A DNA stretch of 64,000 nucleotides from Chiloscyllium plagiosum. Its lineage: Eukaryota. The stretch lies in the NCBI RefSeq assembly GCF_004010195.1, contig NC_057718.1, positions 42,692,902-42,756,901 on the forward strand, read 5' to 3'. The position numbers and the translations under genes are program-made. Below, in pieces: positions 52,074 through 64,000 of this stretch. The stretch's first letter is position 1; each line of letters begins with the position of its first letter. The notes beneath the pieces were generated by a model, which worked only from the letters and a program-made list of their open reading frames with translations, did not search any database and was not told where the DNA came from.

Positions 52074-53256
52074 TTTTATAAATATATTTATTCGCAATTT
52101 TTTTTTTTAACTTTACAAACATATAAAATTATTGAAAAATACAATCAATAACAAATATCAGTATAATAAAAAGAAAAAAAACAAATTACAATACAACTAC
52201 TGACTACTAACTACTAACCTACCCTATAATACAAAACAAACCCGAGCACTGTGCAAAGCAACACCAAAAAAAAAAGAAAGCAAAGCAAAAAAAACCACAA
52301 AATACAGAACAGCTATGCTCGGCGCAAACTCCCAAACAAAGGAACGGGAGCATTTTATATATACCCGTATTAACTTAGGAGACTCTCTCCAGGGCCCAGG
52401 GCTTGACAAATCTAACCATCCTGGTTAAACAAACACCCTAGTTAAGGTAACTGACAAGTCTATATCCAACTAACTCAAGTAGGGCTGCCATGTTTTATAA
52501 AAATGGTCTGTTGTGTGGTGTACCATGTTTGGGAAAAAAAGTCCAAGGGAATATGTTCCATAATTAATTTCTGCCATCCCAGCAAGCCTGACGGGTTCTC
52601 AGACACCCAATTCATCAGAATATTCTTCGGTGCACAGTATGCAAGAACATTAAATAGTTTCTTCCCATGCCCGTCTAAAGATGGTAAATTCGGTAGACCT
52701 AAGAGGAGAGATATCGGGTCTACCTTGACTTCAGTCCTCAATACCCTCCCTATCTCTCCCGCCACAGTGCTTCAATAAACATGGAGCCTGTGGCATGTCC
52801 AGAAGCAATGGGTAAGAGTACCTACATTTATTTTACATTTGGGGCACACTGAAGATGCCCCTTTTTTATACTTCGCCAGAAGGTCTGGTGCTAGATGAGC
52901 CCTGTGCAGAACTTCACTGCATAGCACATGTCTTGTTGCAGATTGAGATCTTTCAAGTATTTTCCCATATGTTCTCCCATGTTTCAGAAGAGATCTCCAC
53001 TCCTAGCTCTTGCTCCCAGATCTCATATCACTGGTTAATATCCTGCCAGGCCCTGCCACCCAGCAGGGAATAGAGTGCCTGCTCCCGAAAGGGTGCTTGT
53101 GGAACGTAGCCACAACTCTCTGTATCGGGCTTATAGGGCTTAGTTAGAAGCGTAGTCTTCTTCTGGATGAAATCCCTAACCTGAAAAAAAAAAGAAAAGG
53201 TCTCTGCTGGGCAACCCATATTTGCATCTCAGTTGCTCAAAAGACATTATAACCTC
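52074..53256 (-). mobile_element. L1-clade LINE, 5'-truncated ORF2 C-terminus and 3' UTR
   Basis: Minus strand CPKCKINVGTLTHCFWTC (C-terminal zinc knuckle), ISLLLGLP…KNILMNW…FYKTWQPYL; AATAAA and A-rich tail; TSD CTG[G/T]TTTTGTTTGTTT (52058-52073 / 53257-53272) at a TTT|AA site. Confidence 0.88.
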
Positions 53257-55070
53257 CTGTTTTTGTTTGTTTAAGTCATCAGGTGCTGATCTGGACAAAT
53301 GCTATCTCCTGACACACTGTTCATTTGAAAGCTGCACATAGGTAATTTCAAATGGAAATGTTTAGCTTTCATTTTCTGCTAATGTGTAATCTATGCTTGG
53401 AAAATCTGATATGAATTGCATCATAACTTTACTACCAGACCATCCATTTTAATTAAAACACAGTTATCTATATCTCATAAATCTCTAATTATAAGAAATT
53501 CCATTATCATGCAGTCGTGAATGTTACTTCACTTTAAGACCATTTAGTTAAGTCTGGAAGCAAAATAAACCAACAAACAAGGATTGATACAGAAGACAGA
53601 AAAAGTACTTTATTAATCCCAGCTATAAAGGCATCTGAGATTATTCAGATTGTGCTTTTGTATTGATTAATGTTGACTTTTAAACCAACAAATGGAAAAC
53701 AATTCAGCCAATTTTACATTAAGTAGAATGTACGATATGCATATGTGTGAAGATCATCAATGTTTTTGTTTCAATTATCATCTACTTTATATGGCTATGC
53801 CTTTAGAGATGAAGCAAACTTCATTTGTTTTGCAACCGCAGGGGATAAGGGATCTAGTGTGCCGCTTGTATGAACATTTATTTTCCCCTATTGCCTCGAA
53901 ACTAGTTGCTTGTTGAATGACCAGTATTATACTTTCAAATGGATTTTCTGGGAATTTATTCTTCTGCCTTGTAAGGAAATCCATGATGAAATGCTCAATG
54001 AAAATCGATACAGTCTGTCATTTATATTTGATATCTAAGCCCTTACCTGCATTTTAATATATAGAGTTGTCCTAAAGGTGCAGTTTGGTTAAAGGCTAGT
54101 TTGTATTTATTCAATGTAAAACCTTGACTGAATACATTTCATCTTGCAGTCACAGATCTTTATAAAACATTGCCAGAAATCTTATGGCCTATTTGATGAT
54201 AGACTGACAGGTATCCAGGCTTACCTGAAACAGGTTTTCATAGCAGTAACGGTGACAGAGATAAAAACAAAACCATTAGAATAATTTTCCGTCTGATAGG
54301 ATATTGTGTAATAACTGTGTTTCATCCGTCCATTAAGCTGTTATAACATCAGAAGGTGATTAAGCAGATGTCTAGCTTCTGGAAGCTGTAGACCTATGAT
54401 CTGGGATTCAGTTTATAGTCTGATGGAGAAAAACATGAACTGTGGTACTGTAGTCTAGAAGACATAGCTAAATGGCTGTGTATAGGTGTATTTTTAACAA
54501 GCCTGCTTTATGCATATATACAGGTCTGATTTAATTTTGAGCAGATATTCAGCATTTCAAATAAATTGGTAAAATATAATTGAAATATTGCATAACTATA
54601 TAATGTTTCAAATGGATGTTTTGCTGTTAACATTTCTCTTAAATGTCACAATATTCTGGCAGTTATAATATTTATGCCACAGTACTATGCTGTAAAGCTA
54701 TTTGTTATTTGAAGGTTTATTACCAGTGCTGCTTAGAAATCAATTTTAGAAATGCTTTGATATTAATATACAGTACCTAGGAAAATACTGGGTTACCTGC
54801 TTCAAAGCCTCATAGTCATAGATTCAAAACTCATATCTGCATCACACTGTAAGTTATAAGTTACTTTGATGAGAAGTTTCATCAATTGGTCAGACTACCA
54901 GAGTCAATTGGACACTACTTCAAGTAATGAAGCATCCAGACTCAGCAAAGGAGATATTGGCAACCAATTTTGCTTAGGAATTTCACATTCTGTTGAACAT
55001 TACTGAGGCTGGATGTGAATAAGTACAATTTGGTAGAAGGGAAGGAAACGAGGGTGTTAGAAATTACTTG

Positions 55071-55205
55071 TTCTGATGAAAAGTCACTGGACGCAAATGT
55101 TAACTCTGCTTTCTCCCCAAAGGTACTGTCAGACCTGCTAAGTTTCACCAGCAAATTCTGTTTTTGTGTCAGATCTCCAGCATCTGCAGTTCTTTGTTTT
55201 ATTAT
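55071..55205 (+). mobile_element. Old Penelope pLTR fragment with degenerate hammerhead
   Basis: CTGATGA (55073-55079) AAAGTCACTGGACGC AAATGTTAACTCTG…AGATCTCCAGCATCTGCAG; same family as 51872-52073. Confidence 0.65.
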
Positions 55206-55419
55206 TGAAATTATTTGTACTTGCAGATATTGTTTAAAATTTGGTCTTCTAAATTTTTAACTTGTACTTCTTGATACATAAAATGTACTTTTTGAATACC
55301 AGATTCAAAACTGTCTGCAGATGGTTATTTGAAATAATGTAACAACATGAGAGGTTCCTTTGATGACCCTAAATCATGTAGATGTGAATAATCTCTGGCT
55401 TGTTTTACTAAATATGTGT

Positions 55420-55730
55420 TGAGAATGTTTAGAATTGTGAGGGGTTTGAGCGGAGTGAATTGGGGCCAGAGGACATTGATTTATGGCGCTTGGTAAAAGA
55501 AGCAACAACAACATGTGAAGAGACTTTTCACGACGTTTAGGATCCAGAAGTCATTGCTTGGGAATATTGTGGAGGCAAACTTGATTGTGGATTGCAAGGG
55601 GAAATCTGGGTGGGGAAGAGAAATTTGCAGTGCTGCAGGGAAGGGACAGTAATAAGCCTGGATGGGTTGCTTTTGCAGGGAGCTGGTATGGATGCAACCA
55701 ATTGAATGGTCACTTTCTGTGGCCATTCTA
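55420..55730 (+). mobile_element. Old CR1 3' end
   Basis: Degenerate GTGAAGAGACTTTTCACG…GTGGAGGCA…GGAGCTGGTATGGATGCAACC…GAATGGTC tail. Confidence 0.6.
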
Positions 55731-56439
55731 AGTTCAGAAGGAATTTGCTTAATATTTTCTATTATCTCTCCTGTTAATTACCATTTTGTTGGAAGTCAAA
55801 GTCATTTGGAATTGTTTGGCATTTTACCTATCTAATTTTGAGAAAGTGAAATGTTCCTGAGGTGCCAGATGATAATTACATTTACTCCATGTTCACTTAA
55901 TTATCGACAAACCTGTAGGGTTTAACAGCGGTGTGCCTCTCATCTTTTGTTCTATAATGGTGATGTCTGTTGTCTATGTTACAACAATGGCTGTAATTTA
56001 CAAGCATTTCATTGGCTATAGTTTGCTTTGGATCATCATGAGGATGTTAAAGATTATATATATAAATGCAAGTATTTTTAATCTTTCTTTGTTTCAATGC
56101 TGCTGTTTTGATCTTTCATGTCCTGATAGATTGGCAATTCTTCATGCTTTTTCCTTCTTTCAGAGAAGACTGCACTTGAGACTAGGAAGTCAACAGTGTG
56201 AGAACTGATACTAACGTCATTATTTTTAATTCACATGCAGTGCAATCTCTTACCAGTTCCAAATCAACTTCTAAACAGTGTGAAACCTCACTGACCTTTT
56301 GTGAACCTAGGTGTGATATCATTGGGTTATCATGTGATAAGATTGAATGTTTTAGCAATTTGTCAAATAATTTTTTAAGAATTAAATATATTAGACTATA
56401 ATTCAGATTATTCTGCTCTTTTCCACATGACTATGCTGA

Positions 56440-56634
<195 letters not shown>

Positions 56635-59600
56635 CAGCAAATACTTAGCTCAATGGAAAGAATTCCAACCATAACTCAAAAGAACAGGAAGACAATAGTA
56701 TATGTGGTCACAAAATTACGTCCTTCAAAAATTATCCTTAATTTGTGTTTTGAATTCAGCACACATGCTTATTTCTGAGTAGTTGTCAATGCTGATTTAC
56801 TGTATTAGTTGTTATGGAGGTTTCTAGATATTAGGAAGTGAATTTAATTGCTGTACACTGATACACAAGGCCAAAGGTTTTAGCAGCCATTATTCCATTC
56901 TATCCAAAAGGTGGTGATTGGAAGTTGACTGAGGCTGCAGATGTGAATTTTTTATGGAATATGGCAGTAGTCTGACTCTTCCAATCCCCATAACATGAAT
57001 ATCTCTGAATGATTTGCAAGTTTGTCATTATATTGCTACTGCTGTATTGAAAAGATAGAGATAGATGTCTTGAATGGCAATAACACTGCTCCAAAGAGAA
57101 CTCGAACTAAATGCAACCTGTCTAAGCAGTTCAGAAATAGTTTTATTGACTCCTTAATATCTGGAAGCCTTTTTGATTTTGTTTAAGTAAATTTATTTCA
57201 AATTCAATGTTGTGTTTCATTCCACTCAAACAAAAGTATGTACACTGATTGGGAATGAAAGGGTTTTATTGGCAAGTTGAATTTTAGATTTCATTTTGTC
57301 TATTGAGCGTTCTATCTTGCTAAAACTTTTACACATGTCAAATTGAAACCATGTGTTACAATGACCTACTTTGGTAAGGTCCTAGTTGCTCTGCCATATT
57401 GGACAGTGATTATTGTGATTATACTGAGCATTCGAGTATTTTATTCTGGAAAAAGAGAGCCAGCAGACAGCTGATAACTGAACTTGACTATATCTTGTTC
57501 TTTAATCAGTTTAATGTACTAAATTCTCGCAAATAGAACTGGTTTTAGATTTCTTCACAGATCGCATCAGCTAACAGCCTTTTTAAAATCCTTACACAGT
57601 CCAGTTTCTGAACAGTGCCACGCATTTTAGAAATATAACCTGTTTATTGGATTCTCTCCCAAATTAGATGTTTTGATTTAGCTAATCTACCCATTAATTT
57701 GTACTACAGTTTGTGAGAAATTACCTTATTTAATATCGTGAATGATATTAAATTTAAAAAACAAATTCTGTTTTATTAAACAGAAAACAGTTCTAAATAT
57801 TTGATCATGAGTTATAAATCTTTCACAGATTTTGTAGTGCTTTCTTGTTATTTTGTTCTATGGCAAAGGCCAAAGTACCAACATGTAACAGCCAATGTCC
57901 TAAATATCTGTCTGAGAGGTACTCCAGATGTCGCCCCAAAAAGCATATTCTACAATCAAAACTGATATACTTTTAGCAGTATCGAAATTTGTATAAATTC
58001 TGTGCAGTTGTAAGTCAAGCAAAGCTATATAAAATGTGCGTAATGGTGAAAGGATTACAAAGGTAAGATCAATACCCCTGTACACAGTCTGAGCAAAGAG
58101 AGTAGATTCAGAAAAAAATGCAGTTAATTGCAGGGATTTCTGAGATCATAAGTATAAATAGAAATTTACGTGGGGATTGGAATTTACTTAATGCAGTAGT
58201 TAATTAAATTGAAGTTCGTGTTCTTTGATTTCTCAAGTAGAAGTGAATTTAAACTCAGTTGAAAGAACTCCGGTGAAAGGGACTGACAATTTTGTTTTAA
58301 TTTTCAATATTTTTTCCATTTTATTCCTGGGCTAGTTTAGTTTTGAAGTTTTTCTCAGTTTCTTAATTCTGTCAGTTTGTATCTAAATTGCACTACTCTG
58401 TTGATGGTTTAACATTTTTCTGATTCACAATTAGACAACAATATGAGAGTCCTTTAGTGGACCAAGAAGGAAAAAGCCAGTGTTATGTTCTTTAGAATGT
58501 GTAGTTATTGTTTGAAAGGTGATTTTTATTATCTTACATTCCACAGAGTGTTTGCTTAAGAACAGAGCAGGCACATCTGTGTCAAATACCTTAATTGGAC
58601 AACTCTGCTTCATGACGTATCTTAAAAAAAACAGAGCTACAGGGTCATCGGGCTGAAACATGTGATATGAGCGATAAAAGAAAATCTGCCCTCTGTTATA
58701 AATGAGCCCAATTATAGGCATATTGTTATTGCTCCAGAGGCAGTAGTTTTGCATTCTGTGAGAAGTAATGGAGTAAATCACAAGCAGTTCTAATGCAAAG
58801 AAATGACATAACATTGGGACATTATGGTGTGCAATAGATCTGAATTGACAAAAACTACTTAAAATCAATATATGAAAAAAACAGTATTATGTTAATAACT
58901 ATTATCTGGAAGGATGATTGGGGTAATTTACCCATAACAGGAGAGTTATCTATTGTTGAAATGGTATAACTAATTTTCTTTTTCATTTCTTGAAGGACTG
59001 GAGCATCTTATGAATGAAAAAGCAACAGGCCAAATTTCCAGCCTATGTTGCATGAATCATTAAGATCAAATCCTGTTTTGTTAACAACATTATATTAGAA
59101 ACAAAACTTGTAATCATGCAGTTTGAGCTCTTTTTTTTCAGTCTGACAATTCTGGTGGTGGCATCGAACAATCAAAATCAGGAATGAAGTTCTAGGTGTT
59201 TTCTCTGACATTGTACTATTGCCCCAAATTCCAATAATAGTTTCAATTGGATATAATAATGGCGTATAACCTGATTTGTCTTTTTTATGCATTTTGTGCT
59301 TGTTCTTGCTTTCAATGTGCACCTAGTGAAATGTCTTGTGCTTACTACAGTATGATGTGTAGACCCTCAAATTTCTTCATAAGAAGATCATGTTCACTTA
59401 ACAGTTAAGAATCAGCATTATTTCTCTGCATGAAATGTTTGAGAGAATGTAGCTGTTCTTAGACTTAATTATTTACCCAATAATTTGAAAGTGTACAAAT
59501 AACCAATGAGATGGAATAATTCTCATCTGGCATTTTGTAAACAAACAAATAAATGAATACCCCACGTCCCATTTGTGTGATCATTCCCATTTATAAATTG

Positions 59601-60270
59601 GTATTCTTACTCTTTTCATTAAACACTTATTAGTTACTTAATTTATTTTCCTAACTCACTGTAAAAACATTGGTCTTGAGTTTCCATTAAATTACATTGT
59701 TATTTTAAGTAATTTCAGTCATAATTAGCCAAATCAGAGCAAATGCTAGGGAGAGTTAAATACTAATTGTGTACAGTGTGAATTGAATTTCCACCAGTTT
59801 TGTGTCTAGCTCAAAGAGCTCCATGGTGGGAACTGACCTAGCCCACCAAGCCCACACCCAGACCAAGTTAGTCATGGGTGCCTTTCCACCAATTGTGTCA
59901 ATTAGTGGGCCATCAAGAAATGTTAACGCTACATTGTTTTTTTTTCTGAGGCATGTGATCACTAAAAGACATATTGAAAAAGATTTCAATTAAATAAAAG
60001 ATAATTTATAGAAAATTGACTCCTGGAGCCCTTGTAACCATTGAATGGTTCTGTACATAATTTTAAATCATGTTTAGTTATTTAAGATCTGATTACACAC
60101 AGACAAGTGGTAGACTAAACACTGATTAAACATGCTTATTTGTGATAAGCATATTTTTAGCTGCATTAATACAAGTGCACCAGTTTACTGCTCTTAAATA
60201 TTTTTGCAAAGCCAAGCTCTATTGAAAAGTAAATGCATTTTTCTTAATAAAAATACAGAAGTAACACTCC
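56635..60270 (+). other. GPATCH2: Probable long 3' UTR of GPATCH2
   Basis: AT-rich with no recognisable TE after the stop; AATAAA at 59548, 59993 and 60246. The true end cannot be fixed from sequence. Confidence 0.55.
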
Positions 60271-62756
60271 AGTGACTTGAAATGTCAACATCTAAGATGG
60301 CTGAATATTTGCACAATTGTACAGCATAAATTCCAATGCTATTTTAAGAGGGGAGCCGTCATACCCTCCTCACCCAATTGTAACAATATATAAAGGAATA
60401 TTGTTTCATTGCAAAGAGGTGTCCTAATACAGTGCCTAATTATGGTGGCTCATGATAGAAACTTGAGCAAAAAGGGCACATTTTGAGAATTATTGCAATT
60501 TTGAGAGCAATTTACTTACAGATTGCCAATTGTGCCAAAGCAGATATTCTACCTCTAAATATCTTTAAATTTGACAAGGTTGTGAGCATTACATGGCATA
60601 GCATTAATTAGCCTGCTGCCTATTCTGTTTGTAAGGTAACATTTGAGACCCTATTTTGCAAGTTCGGACTGTGAAAGCAATCTATTGCTGCCTCGAAGTC
60701 TGCCCTTTGCTGTCTCCTTCCTCTTTTGCCCAGGCTGGAATCTCCTGCTGTGCCAGGCAACCTTGCCCTTATGATTGCTTTCACCCCTGTTCCGTTGGCT
60801 ATTCCTTCCTGAACACTTAACCTTTCTCTTCTAGTCTGTCCCACCCAAATATACTCACCATTGCCTAGCCACTTCATTCCCAATTATCTTTATATTGTGT
60901 CCTGGACACTGCCTTCCTCCCAAATGATTCATCCTGCTTCCCAGGGCACTCCCTCTCAACTTCACTCTCTCCCTGTTGATCATATCTCCCATTTACCTGG
61001 TTGCTGTCTCCCAATCATGCCTATGCTCTCCTAGCCAGCATCTCCTATAATTGTTTTCTGTCATTCTCCCAGTCCCACCCCTCACTTCTGACCAATTCCT
61101 TGCAGTCAACCCTCCTTCTTGACCACCTGTTCCCATCCCCCCACCACCTCCCAGCTAAAATCTATCTATAGACCACTGCCAACAATACAGTTACCTAAAT
61201 TTACAAGTTCTAGAGCAAATAATGAAGGAATGAGATATAGTACCATTTCACTTTTATTTTAACTTTTGGCCATCTGGGTAGTAAATAACACTCAACTGCT
61301 CTAACTGGTCCATACGTTGTCAGTTCAACAGTGTCGATGACCGATTCGCTCATGTTTATCTACATCCTAGTCGTGTTAAAGAAACAATTAGATGAAAGAA
61401 TGCTATGGCAATAGTGTCAAAAAGCCAGAAAGATCCTATTTCCCTCTGAATTTGAATGCCAACTTTGTTTACTTAACCGAGTTAGATTAGAGAAGCAGTA
61501 GAGAGGTTAAAACTCGAGTTATGTTAAGTTGTAACAACTGATGTGAAGAGTTCCTATTTTACCTCTGACTAGGAAATTGACAGTATTAATCAGTTCTGGG
61601 CAATCATTCCAGAAAACCAGAGTGACTTCTAGTAGAATTGGCCTGACAGTTCTGTATAATGTATTTGGAAATGCTGAGACATTCATTCACTTCTCTAAAA
61701 GCAAACAGCTGGCCTCAAACTGAAGATTTTATGCTATTGCAACCTTTCACAGCTGAGCCCAGTGGACTGAACCCAAGTTGAGATACTCACACCGTTAATT
61801 CCACACTTCAGCAGTAAAGGTTTCTGTTCTTTAATTGTGCAGGTGGCCTGTGACTCTCAAAAATTATGCTACAAAAGACTGCAAGCACTTGGTTTGATGC
61901 CCAGTTTTTTTTTCATCTTGCAATCCCACTTATTTGAACATGACAGGCATCTGCAGGGCTATTCTTTTGCAAGAGAGAAAGGTATGTTGGAATGGGTGGT
62001 GAAAGTTAATAATGCAGTGTTCAGTTCCATTTGTAATTCCTCAGAAAAATAAGCAACATTTGCTCACACATAGTAAAATTTGGACAATATTCAATTCTGG
62101 GCTAAGATGTGGCCAGGAAGATTCATGCCACATAAGGGCCAGGCAATGAATATCTCCAACAAGAAACAGACCATCTTCTCCCTTGGTTTTCACTATTGTT
62201 GTTCCTTTTTTTTCGCATTTTTGGTTTGGAACAGTTTGGTTTGCAGTTGAGAATTGAACTTTGAACAACAGCTTGTTTTCAAAAAAGAAGGAATTAAAAA
62301 AAAGTAAACACATTGTTGGAAATTGGCCTGGGAAGATAATGGAGGTTAATTACTGCTATAAGAACATTGGAGACAATTCGGCACCAAGATGTTGTTATGT
62401 GCAGGGACTAGCTACTGATTAGATGTTGAATTGGTCAATCCAGGGAGGACTAGTGCTGGGCAGCCAAACACAAAGAACTTTGAAAAAGAAAGAGAAAATG
62501 AAGAGTGAACTGGCTCTCATTAGATTTTGGGCAGGCTAATTTTTGGTTTTGCTCTCACTCGTTATTCTCCGGTTATTGACTTGTTGAAAGTTCTGAGAAA
62601 ATAACCCCAGTTTGGAGTTACAAGGAAAAATCTGCAGAAGCTTTTTGCATTGATCATAAACGTTGGAATTCAAGCAGATATTCATTCCTATACGACTGTA
62701 AGACAATCTTCCAAGGTATTTATCATTGAATTGGTTATCAAACTACCAAATTACAA

Positions 62757-63072
62757 TTTTTTTTTATTAGATTCAATTCCCTACAGGTCTTTGGCCCAAC
62801 AGCTCCACACTGACCCTCCGAAGACTAATCCACCCAGGCCCATTTACCTCTGACTAATGCACCTAACACTATGGGCAATTTAACATGGCGAATTCACCTG
62901 AACTGCACATCTTTGGACTGTGGGAGGAAACTGGAGCACCTGGAGGAAACCTATGCAGACACGGGGAGAATGTGAAAACTTTCCACACAGGCAGTCACCC
63001 GAGGCTGGAATCGAAATTGGGACTCTGGTGTTGTGAGGCAGTAGTGCTAACCAATGAGCTACCGTGTCACCC
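62757..63072 (-). mobile_element. HE1-family SINE, older subfamily
   Basis: V-domain reverse complement TGTGGGAGGAAACTGGAGCACCTGGAGGAAACC; TSD ATTACAA (62750-62756 / 63073-63079). Confidence 0.9.
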
Positions 63073-63399
63073 ATTACAAAATGCTGCCCATTTTGCAAAA
63101 GCTCATCCCTTAACTGTGTCAAGTTTTGAGAGTGTAGGTTTGTAATCAAATTCAGCTTTTGATTGTAGATATTAATTAGATTGTCTTGCTCTCATCTATA
63201 TTCTGCTACAGTTACATCATTAAAAATGAAGTATTGATTTTTGTGTAAGTTATAATCTTAGTGTCCAAGATTTGTTATTTGCAAAGTCTGGTTAAGAACA
63301 AATGAGCAATTTTGAGGCTCATTGAATGGTCTAAGACCATTGTGTTATGAATCCAGTGCTAGTAAGGCAGATTTGATTTGGCTTGCTACCCCTATGTCA

Positions 63400-63940
63400 T
63401 AACAATACCACTACCAACATTGAATTTTCCCCCACAAACACCCGGCAGTGTCATCATTGACCAGAAATAAAACAATTGGACAATTCACCCCAAAACTAAT
63501 CATTCAGTAGCAGGTCAGTGACAGAGAATTCTACCTCATGTGGTTCTTCAAAGCTTTTCTACCACTAAAAACACAGGAATTTAACAGTCAATCTCCATCT
63601 TCCTGAATGAGTACAGCTCCAATAATGCAAAAGAGGCTTAACATTCACCAAGAGAAAGCAACCTGCTTTATTGATATACTATCCACTGCCTTAAATGTTC
63701 ACACCCTCTTTCATTCAAAGTGCTATTTGTATACCATCTACATGATACACTGCAGCAATTTGCCAAATCATCAACAGCATAGCTTTCCAAACAAGTAATT
63801 TATATCACCGAAAGAAAAAGTGAAGTAATAGCATGAGGATTACCATCTTCAAGTATCCTTTCACACCACCCCAACTTGGAACTATAACTTCTTTTCTTTG
63901 TCATGGCTAATGACCCTGTCCAACACTGTGAAGGGGACCT
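63400..63940 (+). mobile_element. CR1/L2-group LINE 3' fragment (old)
   Basis: Collinear with 8100-8620 (CATTGACCAGAAA…; MSTAPIMQKRLNIHQEKATCFI). Confidence 0.65.
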
Positions 63941-64000
63941 TCTATTGAGAAAAAAACTGAGGACATGTCAGACACACCGCTGTAGAAGATGTGATGGAGA

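Noticed and set aside
58431..58868. 145-aa minus-strand ORF in the 3' UTR region
   Set aside because: Non-ATG start, no recognisable domain or splice context; compatible with chance.

Overview
Eukaryotic, repeat-rich DNA from a cartilaginous fish. Shark is inferred from the HE1 V-SINEs, the HER1/CR1 LINEs and the DeuSINE content; the species cannot be determined. The window holds the 3' end of one host gene on the + strand, GPATCH2: an 89-bp internal coding exon (28069-28157), a 28.3-kb intron, and the terminal G-patch exon (CDS 56465-56634) followed by a largely TE-free probable 3' UTR of about 3.6 kb. Neither exon is in the ORF track. Nearly all listed ORFs are spurious or transposon fragments. 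The rest is intronic or downstream sequence with decayed mobile elements: two Gmr1-like (SCAN-gag) Gypsy LTR elements, a solo LTR, many CR1 fragments, a CR1/L2-group LINE, Rex1, L1, four HE1 SINEs, DeuSINEs and Harbinger remnants. The most unusual signal is a set of short Penelope-derived insertions, four of them clearly fold-back and TSD-flanked. They carry minimal hammerhead-ribozyme motifs (CUGANGA-stem II-GAAACGUC), two of them near-intact on the GPATCH2 sense strand. All family assignments come from motif recognition by eye, not database searches. Boundaries of old repeats are approximate.
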